A stretch of 39,782 bases of DNA from Planctomycetota bacterium (GTDB taxonomy: Bacteria; Planctomycetota; MHYJ01; JACQRL01; SBBU01), in assembly GCA_016206485.1 (NCBI GenBank), contig JACQRL010000039.1, positions 1 through 39,782 of the forward strand. Reading direction: 5' to 3'. Below are positions 32,860 through 39,782 of this stretch, piece by piece. The translations under genes and the position numbers were made by a program. The stretch's first letter is position 1. Each line of letters starts with the position of its first letter. The notes below the pieces were generated by a model that was given only the letters and a program-made list of their open reading frames with translations, ran no database searches and was not told the origin of the DNA.

Positions 32860-35175
32860 CTAGTTAAATATCTTCTCTTTATATTTCTCCGCTTCTTTTT
32901 GCAGTTCGTTCAGACTTGAATAAAACCAGTCAACTCTGTGTTCTTTGCCAGTGATTTTGTTTAACGACATGTAGGCGATGAGCCTTGTCCAGGGATCAGG
33001 ATCTGCCAGAAAATTCAGGAGAATCTTCTTAACTTCAAGAGATTCAAAGTTGCTTAAAACTTTTACAAGGGCGCGATAGGTATGGATTCCACATTTTTCT
33101 TTTATAACTGCTGAGTTGCGTAGCTGTGCAAGAATGTATTTCTCAATCTCCGGAGAAGAACGATTTATAAAGAGTTCAATTATTGTCTCCATGATATGAG
33201 TTGTTGATCCAAGTGCGGCTTTTACCAGCTGTTGTTTCTGTTCAGAAGATGGAATTTGGTTAGAAGAGTTGGAAGAGGGAATGCCCGCCAGGCTTTTGAG
33301 CATGGTTTTATTAGCCATCTCTACAAGCTGCGGGTCAGAGAGCTGTCCTGAGGTTCCCAGATAGAAAATCGCAAGCGCTGCAAGATGCTGTTCATCCGCG
33401 TTTTCAGATAGATAAAGTTCCGAGATCTTCTTAAGTTTTGAGTCAATGACATTAATTATCTTTTCGTTCTTTATATCGAGCATTTTAATGTATCTTATGA
33501 CTCTGTCGATCAGGTGGACAGGCAGAGAAAGGTCATTTAATACCGTCATTGAAAGTTCAGGAAACGAATCGGGATAATTTCTGAAGTAAGTGAAAAGAGC
33601 TGCAAATAAAACCTGATCATCTTCAAACGCCGATAAAAGCAGCTGTTCGAGAAAAGCCTTCCCGTATTTTCCAAGTCCCGGAAGCGTTTCAATAAGAAGT
33701 ATCCTGACAGAAGGCTCAAAATCGCTTAAGGCATAGCGAACAGGTCTTGCGTTTCTGATTGGGCTTGGTTTTTGAAGATAACTTCGTTTGCTTTTGCTTA
33801 GGATATACTTTGCTGTTTCAAGCTTTTCCATGTATTTTTTCATGCTGGTTTTTTCTCCGCTTAGAGCCAATGACATTTCAAGAAGCTGGCGTAAAATTTT
33901 AAGTTTGGCATTGGGCACATAACTGTCAGCTGGGTTTTCAAATTTAGGAGCGGGAGAGTCAATAATCCACTTCAGTTTCAGAATGTTTTTCTTCATTTCA
34001 TTGCACATGTCAACGAACTTTTTGGCAGGATCAGAGGAGTCTTTATCAAAACATTTTAGGGAGGCCTTCATGAGTACAAGCACTTTTTCAAAATCTCCGG
34101 TAGTTCTTGCGTCATCCAGCATCTCGACGAGAATGCCAAATGCCTTTTTGTGTGACAGTTTTGCCAGGGAGTTGATAAACGCTATTTGAAATACGGTATC
34201 AGGTTCATTTCTAACCTTGTCAGTCAAAAATTGCGGGAGTTCCTGAAATCCTGACATTGTCAGAAAATACAATGCGCGCGCCCTTTCGATGGCATCTTTG
34301 CTGTTTTTTAATACCTCGAAGAGGTCCTGCATCGGATCATATTTTTGAATTGTGCCGAGATAATAAACCGCGTTTCTTCTGACCCTTTTACTCGGATCTG
34401 AGATCAGTCTTCTGACGTGCAGGTAGAGATCTCTTTCAGGAAATAAGCTGAGTCCGTACGCAAATCTGGAGGTCAGAGTAAAAGGATAGGATTTTGTGAG
34501 CTCGGATGAGATTATGCGGCTTATCATAGTGCTGTATGGATCGCCAAGATTAAGGAAGTTTGGAACTTCTTCCGCGACGCCCATATAAGCGGTCGCCATC
34601 TTGAAAAACTCACGCAGTTTGTCCTGAAATTCCTTTATAGTAATGACCAGATTTGAGGAAGGAAGCCCGAGAAGCAGCAGAGAAAATATCTCTTCGTTAT
34701 CGAATGTTCTGTTGCTGTGAAAATATTTTAGGAGCATTCGGTTAAAACATTTCAGATTAGATTCCAGGAGTGTCTGTTCTGAATCAGAATAGGAGGTATG
34801 CGAAATAGCAGAGGCTACAGGGTCAGATTCGAGCAGGACTCCTTCTATCCAGGGATGATGGCTTGAAAAGTCTTTTGTGGTGATTCCGCATTCACTGATG
34901 AAATCATAGTTGATGGGAGGTGCTGGAATGTTAGCAGGTGGAGGGGTCATCTTTTTCTTATCCGCTGGAGGCTTCTTTGGTAAAGGTCCAGTCTGCTGGC
35001 CACCTTCTTCTTTGTCAGCAAGATTGCCTCCTCCGGTTTGAATTATCCTAAGCTCATCTGTGACCGTAATCATGGGTTGGAAATTTGTTATAGAATCGAA
35101 AGGGTCTCCCGGCGGAAGCAGGATATCCATATCCATCAGGATGATTAAAGAGAATATAGAAAAAATCTTCTTCAT
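32860..35175 (-). CDS. secreted HEAT-like repeat protein, paralog 1 of a divergent pair
   Basis: 771-aa ORF with a signal-like N-terminus, then DMDILLPPGDP..ITNFQP and a Pro-rich segment. HEAT-like units follow (SDPSKRVRRNAVYYLGTIQKYDPMQDLFEVLKNS; LADPDPWTRLIAYMSLNKITGKEH). Alignable end to end with 36145..38481. Confidence 0.65.
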   Translation of the reverse strand: MKKIFSIFSLIILMDMDILLPPGDPFDSITNFQPMITVTDELRIIQTGGGNLADKEEGGQQTGPLPKKPPADKKKMTPPPANIPAPPINYDFISECGITTKDFSSHHPWIEGVLLESDPVASAISHTSYSDSEQTLLESNLKCFNRMLLKYFHSNRTFDNEEIFSLLLLGLPSSNLVITIKEFQDKLREFFKMATAYMGVAEEVPNFLNLGDPYSTMISRIISSELTKSYPFTLTSRFAYGLSLFPERDLYLHVRRLISDPSKRVRRNAVYYLGTIQKYDPMQDLFEVLKNSKDAIERARALYFLTMSGFQELPQFLTDKVRNEPDTVFQIAFINSLAKLSHKKAFGILVEMLDDARTTGDFEKVLVLMKASLKCFDKDSSDPAKKFVDMCNEMKKNILKLKWIIDSPAPKFENPADSYVPNAKLKILRQLLEMSLALSGEKTSMKKYMEKLETAKYILSKSKRSYLQKPSPIRNARPVRYALSDFEPSVRILLIETLPGLGKYGKAFLEQLLLSAFEDDQVLFAALFTYFRNYPDSFPELSMTVLNDLSLPVHLIDRVIRYIKMLDIKNEKIINVIDSKLKKISELYLSENADEQHLAALAIFYLGTSGQLSDPQLVEMANKTMLKSLAGIPSSNSSNQIPSSEQKQQLVKAALGSTTHIMETIIELFINRSSPEIEKYILAQLRNSAVIKEKCGIHTYRALVKVLSNFESLEVKKILLNFLADPDPWTRLIAYMSLNKITGKEHRVDWFYSSLNELQKEAEKYKEKIFN

Positions 35176-35348
35176 ATTTCTACTATACAGTACAGACGCG
35201 CGTTTTGTCTCACTGTATTATATCAGTATTCTAAGCATTTTTTTACCCTGATTGTTTAAAGCAAATCTGGGGTTTTCTCTGTGATTTTGTGGCTATTCTG
35301 TGTCTTTGTGGAAGAGATTTGTTAAACATTGTTTAAAAGTTTAAAAGG

Positions 35349-35939
35349 TTAAAAGTGAGGGCTGATGGTTGGCAGAAGCTTTTTTACCGCCTTTCCTCTG
35401 TGGCTGATTTTGTTTTTTTCCTCTGGAGATAATTGAGCGGTTGTCTTTCCGAGCTCTTTGACATAAAAGATTGGATCATATCCAAAGCCATTTGTACCCT
35501 CGGATTTTGAGTTTATGTATCCATAGCATCTGTCACTGCTGACTGCAAAAATCTTTCCTTTGTAACCAAAAATACATACTGCTATGTAGTATGTCTTTCG
35601 CTTTTCAAACGGGATTCCTTCCAATTTTTTCAGCAAAAGCTCATTGTTATCCTGAGATGCAGCATTTGCACCTGCAAATCTTGCGGAGCGCACTCCGGGG
35701 GCGCCTTTTAGAAACTCGACGCATATCCCGGAATCTTCTGCGAATACTGGATAGGTAACCAGACTGGAATAAAACACGCACTTACTTGCGGCGTTTTCAA
35801 AGAATGTTTTTCCATTTTCAGGGGCGATGTTTTTTATCCCCGCTTCATCAAGTCCGACCAGATCCGCGTTGATTTGTGCAAACAGTGATTTGAACTCGCG
35901 CAGCTTTCCCTTGTTACCAGTCGCAATAAGCAGTCTCAT
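35349..35939 (-). CDS. rdgB: RdgB/HAM1 family non-canonical purine NTP pyrophosphatase
   Basis: 196-aa ORF with LLIATGNKGKLREF, GTNGFGYDPIF and ISHRGKA motifs. Confidence 0.92.
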   Translation of the reverse strand: MRLLIATGNKGKLREFKSLFAQINADLVGLDEAGIKNIAPENGKTFFENAASKCVFYSSLVTYPVFAEDSGICVEFLKGAPGVRSARFAGANAASQDNNELLLKKLEGIPFEKRKTYYIAVCIFGYKGKIFAVSSDRCYGYINSKSEGTNGFGYDPIFYVKELGKTTAQLSPEEKNKISHRGKAVKKLLPTISPHF

Positions 35940-36144
35940 AAATTGTAGAGACTATGACATAGCCCGTAGAAGACAAGTAAATTTGAGTGGAACACGACGC
36001 CATTTTGTGCCCGGTACCATCTCTTATCTGTGGAATTCGCCCAGATCTGTGCAATCAGTGAAAGAGTTTTATCAAAGGACCATTATATATGGTGGATATT
36101 ATAAGTATTTTATCTGGTGCTGGGTAAATGTTGTTTATATTATT

Positions 36145-38481
36145 ATGGGGTTGAAATTGACAGTGCTTAAGATCTGGCGGTTGAAGTATCTAGCCTTCAT
36201 CTCTCTTTTATCTTTTTGTTTTTGTCTTGATATGGATATTGATATTCCTCCCGGGACTCCAACAGAGATAATCTCAAATTTCCAGCCTTCAGTGACAATT
36301 ACCACGGATATGAAACTCATTGAAACACAATCAGGCACACCTACACAACCTAATGATGGCGAGAAAGTTGAGAGAAGAGGAACCGAAGTAAAAAAACAGA
36401 TTGTGCTTCCTCCTAAGGCGCCGCCTCCTGTCAGCGCGGGATTTTTTGAGGCGACAGGCATCACCACGATAGATTTCCCCGGACACTATCCTTGGGCGTC
36501 AACACTTAAATCAGGACTGGATCCGATAGCGGAAGATCTTGCTATTTCAGGTTATACACAGGAAGAAAAGATTAAAAGTTGGAAGCCAAAACTCATTCCA
36601 TACAGCGATCCGAAGAACGCAAAATATGAAGCGTATTTAAAATGTTTTCAGAGAATTCTGATCAGATATTTTCACCTCAACCGTACTTTAGAAAATGAAG
36701 ATATTTTTTACTTTATGCTTTTCGGTGATCCTCCGGCATCTTTTGCAGCATCCATTAATGAGGTGAAGAAGGATCTGAAAGAGTACTGCGGCAAAATAAT
36801 GAGCTATCTTGATCCGGAAACAAAACAGCCTGTCATTCCGGGAATGCCGGATGATTACAGTCTCATGATGTATACAATTGTTTTATCAGAGCTTGTATAT
36901 TATTATCCTTTCACAGTTAACTCTCCGTTTGCTCCGGGACTCGATCACTTTGCTTCGGAAGAAATTTACCCTCACCTTAGATCAATGCTCAAAAGCACTA
37001 ATAAACGTGTAATGAGAAACGCTGTGTATTATCTCGGAACAATGCAGAAGTATGATGCCCTTGCAGAACTGTTCAATATCCTTCAAAACAGTTCTGATAA
37101 AGTTGCACGCGCGAGATCTCTGTATTTTCTCACTGCATCAAGCTATCCGGAACTCGCATCATACCTAATAAGCCAGCTTGATTCTGAAAAAGATCCTGTA
37201 TTTGAAGTTGCTTTTCTAAATGCGCTTGGAAAGCTCGGGGATAAAAAGGCATTTCCGGGGCTATGCAAGAAAATAATTTCTATGGCTTCTGCCTACGATT
37301 ACGAAAAGTTGATTGCTGCTGTCAAGGCATGCGCCAGATGTGTTGACAAGCGTGACAAGGAAACTCTTAAACAGCTCGCCCAGCAGATTTTAAAGATTCA
37401 TTCTTCTCTTGAAGGCGCAGCATGGGCAGGTGAACCGGAGACCCCCGACCTTGCTGTTCCTGCTGATAGTTATAGGGGTGACGCAAGGCGAAAAACACTG
37501 AAGGAAGTTTTAGAAATCTCGCTCGCCGCCTGCGGTGAGAAGCAGGCTTTGGGAGATCTCCCTTCAAAATTCGAAGAAATCATCAACAGACTCGAGACTC
37601 CTAAAAAAAGAGCCGTCAATGCAGGCGCTGTCGGAGGCTCTCCTCCTATGGCATTGGGAAGTTTTGATGTCCTCAACAGATTATTTCTTGTTGAGGTTCT
37701 GCCGGAGATGGGGAAGACAGGGAAAATTCTCCTTGAAAGACTCCTTCTCAGCGGTTTTGAACATGATAATGTCCTGTTTACCGCGCTGAACACCTACTAT
37801 CGATATTATCCCGATGACTTTGAAAAACTCGCATTGCAGATACTGATTCTTAACAAAGAGCTTCCTGTGCCTCTGGTTGATAAAGCTCTTAAGTATATGT
37901 ACTTTACAGATCTGAAAGATGATAAGACCAAAAAAAATCTTGATAAGATTCTGAATATGCTGGTTATGGAGTATGGTCCTCAGCAGGACCTGTCTTCAAA
38001 GCACCTGTCTACACTTGCGGTGTTTTATTTGGGACTTGGAAAGAAGTTGAAAGAGAAGATTTTGTCATCGATAATTGACAGTGAGCTCAGGGAGCAGAAA
38101 CCCGAACCGGTAACAAAGGAACAGGATCCGCCTCTTCTTGGCTTAAAAATAGAACCGACAAGCAGTCTGATAAGAATCTGTATTGAGATGCTGGGAAGAA
38201 TGAAGACTGTAGATGCTGAAAAAGCGCTTCTCAAGCTCGCTAAAAAAATAACGGATATCGAAAATAAAAGGATCCTTGCCAAAGCTCTTGGAAATTTCAC
38301 GTCCAAAGAAGTTAAAGCTGAATTGATCGAAATGCTTTCTGATAAAGACAGCTGGACACGTCTTATTGCCTATCTTTCATTGAGCAGAATTACCAGAAAG
38401 GAACACAAAATCGACTGGTTCTATACAGATCTTGATAAACTAAAACCTGAAATTGAAAAATATAAAACTGTCCTAAATTAA
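36145..38481 (+). CDS. secreted HEAT-like repeat protein, paralog 2 of a divergent pair
   Basis: ATG at 36145 gives MGLKLTVLKIWRLKYLAFISLLSFCFC, signal-like, followed by LDMDIDIPPGTP..ISNFQP as in the paralog. The ORF-track start at 35827 would overlap rdgB antisense and encodes low-quality sequence. HEAT-like units include KSTNKRVMRNAVYYLGTMQKYDALAELFNILQNS and LSDKDSWTRLIAYLSLSRITRKEH. Confidence 0.65.
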   Translation: MGLKLTVLKIWRLKYLAFISLLSFCFCLDMDIDIPPGTPTEIISNFQPSVTITTDMKLIETQSGTPTQPNDGEKVERRGTEVKKQIVLPPKAPPPVSAGFFEATGITTIDFPGHYPWASTLKSGLDPIAEDLAISGYTQEEKIKSWKPKLIPYSDPKNAKYEAYLKCFQRILIRYFHLNRTLENEDIFYFMLFGDPPASFAASINEVKKDLKEYCGKIMSYLDPETKQPVIPGMPDDYSLMMYTIVLSELVYYYPFTVNSPFAPGLDHFASEEIYPHLRSMLKSTNKRVMRNAVYYLGTMQKYDALAELFNILQNSSDKVARARSLYFLTASSYPELASYLISQLDSEKDPVFEVAFLNALGKLGDKKAFPGLCKKIISMASAYDYEKLIAAVKACARCVDKRDKETLKQLAQQILKIHSSLEGAAWAGEPETPDLAVPADSYRGDARRKTLKEVLEISLAACGEKQALGDLPSKFEEIINRLETPKKRAVNAGAVGGSPPMALGSFDVLNRLFLVEVLPEMGKTGKILLERLLLSGFEHDNVLFTALNTYYRYYPDDFEKLALQILILNKELPVPLVDKALKYMYFTDLKDDKTKKNLDKILNMLVMEYGPQQDLSSKHLSTLAVFYLGLGKKLKEKILSSIIDSELREQKPEPVTKEQDPPLLGLKIEPTSSLIRICIEMLGRMKTVDAEKALLKLAKKITDIENKRILAKALGNFTSKEVKAELIEMLSDKDSWTRLIAYLSLSRITRKEHKIDWFYTDLDKLKPEIEKYKTVLN

Positions 38482-39404
38482 AAATCCTGACTGTCTTCCT
38501 GCGTTTCTTCTGACTCATCAGGATCATCAGGCTCTTCTGAGCTTCTGCCCGATTTTTTTATTTGTTCGTGAAGGTCAAGCATGAATTTTTTCCAGTCTTC
38601 TGTCATCTCTTTGTAGGTGACACCTGTCTGATCAAATGCGCTTTTGAGCGCCTTGTCATATCTTTTTTCCTTTAATTCTTCAAGCAGAATCCCAAAAAAT
38701 TTTCTGTATTTGCCCTGCTGAGAGGAATCGGATTCGATGAGAAATTTACACAGTGACCATGCAAGGGTGTAATCTTGTACATTAGTCTCGAAAGGGGTGA
38801 AAACTTTTTTGAGGTTAAACTTCCATTCAATCTTCTGCATGTTTTTAACTACTTTAATAAGTTTGCTTTCAGGGAGAAATATCCTGTTTATTTTTTCTTT
38901 ATCTTCATCAAGCTCTATGCCAGCAAAGTAGACTGCGAGTCCCTCTTTTATCCACCCCGGCAGATGTGCCTCACAAATATCATAGACCAGATCTGTGTAA
39001 AAATGAAAAAACTCATGCATAATGATGTGATATTTAGTGTACAGCTTTTGCTGATTTTCAGGTATTGTGTACAAAGTTTTTTTGATTGGAATATATACTC
39101 CGTTTACTTTTATCTGAAAATTAGGAACCTCTTTTTTTATGGTCGCATTCATTTCCTTAACATCATCGAACAGTTTAATTGTGCATTTGAAATCATGCTG
39201 GGGTTGGAGCTCAGGAAGAACAGTCACATACAGCTTCTGAATTGCATCGAGAATGCGAGATATTTCTTTGACTTCTTTGTCGCTGAAATCTTTATATTTA
39301 ATTGTAAAATTTGATCCGCTATAGCTTTTCCACTCATCCTTCCCAGCAGTTTTTTTATCGCCGTCTGAGATCATGAGCGAGAGCAGGAAAATAAGTTTCT
39401 TCAT
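38478..39404 (-). CDS. secreted HExxH protein, DUF1570-like (peptidase MA-like), with acidic C-terminal tail
   Basis: 308-aa ORF with a signal-like N-terminus. IIMHEFFHFY...HLPGWIKEGLAVYFAG and DYTLAWSLCKFL fit the DUF1570 pattern as I recall it. The tail reads SSEEPDDPDESEETQEDSQDF. Confidence 0.6.
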   Translation of the reverse strand: MKKLIFLLSLMISDGDKKTAGKDEWKSYSGSNFTIKYKDFSDKEVKEISRILDAIQKLYVTVLPELQPQHDFKCTIKLFDDVKEMNATIKKEVPNFQIKVNGVYIPIKKTLYTIPENQQKLYTKYHIIMHEFFHFYTDLVYDICEAHLPGWIKEGLAVYFAGIELDEDKEKINRIFLPESKLIKVVKNMQKIEWKFNLKKVFTPFETNVQDYTLAWSLCKFLIESDSSQQGKYRKFFGILLEELKEKRYDKALKSAFDQTGVTYKEMTEDWKKFMLDLHEQIKKSGRSSEEPDDPDESEETQEDSQDF

Positions 39405-39579
39405 ATTAAGATATACGATATAAAAATTTCTTTTGTTGAAAATTATATTTACCCCGTCTCACAGCGCAAGGCATTGATTTTAATGATTTTATTCGAGATG
39501 TTCAGGATAAACCTTTAACGAAAGCCACTTGCAAAAATTTTCTTACAGTTTTGGTATCAGCAAGTTAGAATGTGCTGAG

Positions 39580-39782
39580 ATGGCAAGACGTGATACTACG
39601 ATAGGAGGGGAAGCATGGGATTTCCCCAGCACCATCTGGAGTATTGTCCTTAATGCTAAGAATAAAACCACAGCAGAATATCAGAAATCTTTAAACAAAC
39701 TTGTTTCGATGTATTGGAAGCCTGTTTATCGCTATATACGGATCGCATGGGACAGATCAAATGAGGATTCAAAAGACCTGAC
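39580..39782 (+). CDS. ECF-type sigma factor paralog (5' partial, runs off the window)
   Basis: Not in the ORF track because it has no stop within the window. The ATG at 39580 encodes MARRDTTIGGEAWDFPSTIWSIVLNAKNKTTAEYQKSLNKLVSMYWKPVYRYIRIAWDRSNEDSKDL. By hand count, 30 of 55 positions are identical to the N-terminus of 22222..22938. Confidence 0.65.
   Translation, partial: MARRDTTIGGEAWDFPSTIWSIVLNAKNKTTAEYQKSLNKLVSMYWKPVYRYIRIAWDRSNEDSKDL

Noticed and set aside
35330-35358. Short tandem GTTTAAAA / GTTTAAAAG / GTTAAAAGT units around the rdgB stop codon
   Set aside because: There are only about three imperfect AT-rich units, which is plausible by chance in AT-rich intergenic DNA. No second copy was seen.
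35827-36144. N-terminal 106 codons of the 884-aa ORF-track entry, overlapping rdgB antisense
   Set aside because: The sequence is Ser/Arg-rich and not protein-like, and it overlaps a confident rdgB on the other strand. The paralog alignment and a signal-peptide-like segment begin at the ATG at 36145.
1-39782. Looked for CRISPR arrays, integrases/transposases, phage genes and rRNA/tRNA genes
   Set aside because: None found. The only tandem repeats have a 7-nt period with no spacers, so they are not CRISPR. No recombinase-like ORF or terminal inverted repeats bound the accessory loci.

Overview
Moderately AT-rich, densely coding bacterial chromosomal window with about 40 CDS. I found no rRNA, tRNA, CRISPR array, integrase or transposase. 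Recognisable housekeeping and metabolic genes are thiolase-mgtE (4-nt overlap), an FTCD-like cyclodeaminase, a metallophosphoesterase, a DedA/YqaA protein, pntAA-pntAB-pntB, rsmD, a co-directional crotonase-ALDH-rplM-rpsI-aminotransferase run, and rdgB. Between these lie accessory-looking loci. They include a HEPN/MNT toxin-antitoxin pair, a GH30-like hydrolase divergent from a cysteine-dioxygenase-like cupin, and four secreted or membrane-anchored HEAT-repeat proteins. There are also a DUF1570-like HExxH protein and two copies (one truncated by the window end) of an ECF-type sigma factor. The gene content resembles PVC-superphylum or candidate-phylum genomes, but that is inference only. The best candidate for an undescribed system is the minus-strand run 28202->22222. 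It encodes two tandem paralogous ~850-aa secreted proteins followed by the ECF-type sigma. Each large protein has degenerate W-x-D-x-R...DIY repeats, two FN3-like modules, a Pro/Ser-rich stalk, and a Cys-motif C-terminal anchor resembling the CFIATAAYGS-type (CFI-box) C-terminal domain. The second candidate is a divergent pair of ~775-aa HEAT-like secreted paralogs bracketing rdgB, each with a TCTGTG-N13-TCTGTG direct repeat nearby. Non-coding structure is also notable. Two families of phase-locked heptanucleotide tandem repeats (CGTRGAA and AYTNCTG) occupy at least six intergenic sites, one of them as inverted arms. A sequence with exact sigma-54 -24/-12 spacing sits upstream of the crotonase operon. 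All functional calls rest on motifs read from the translations; no database searches were run.
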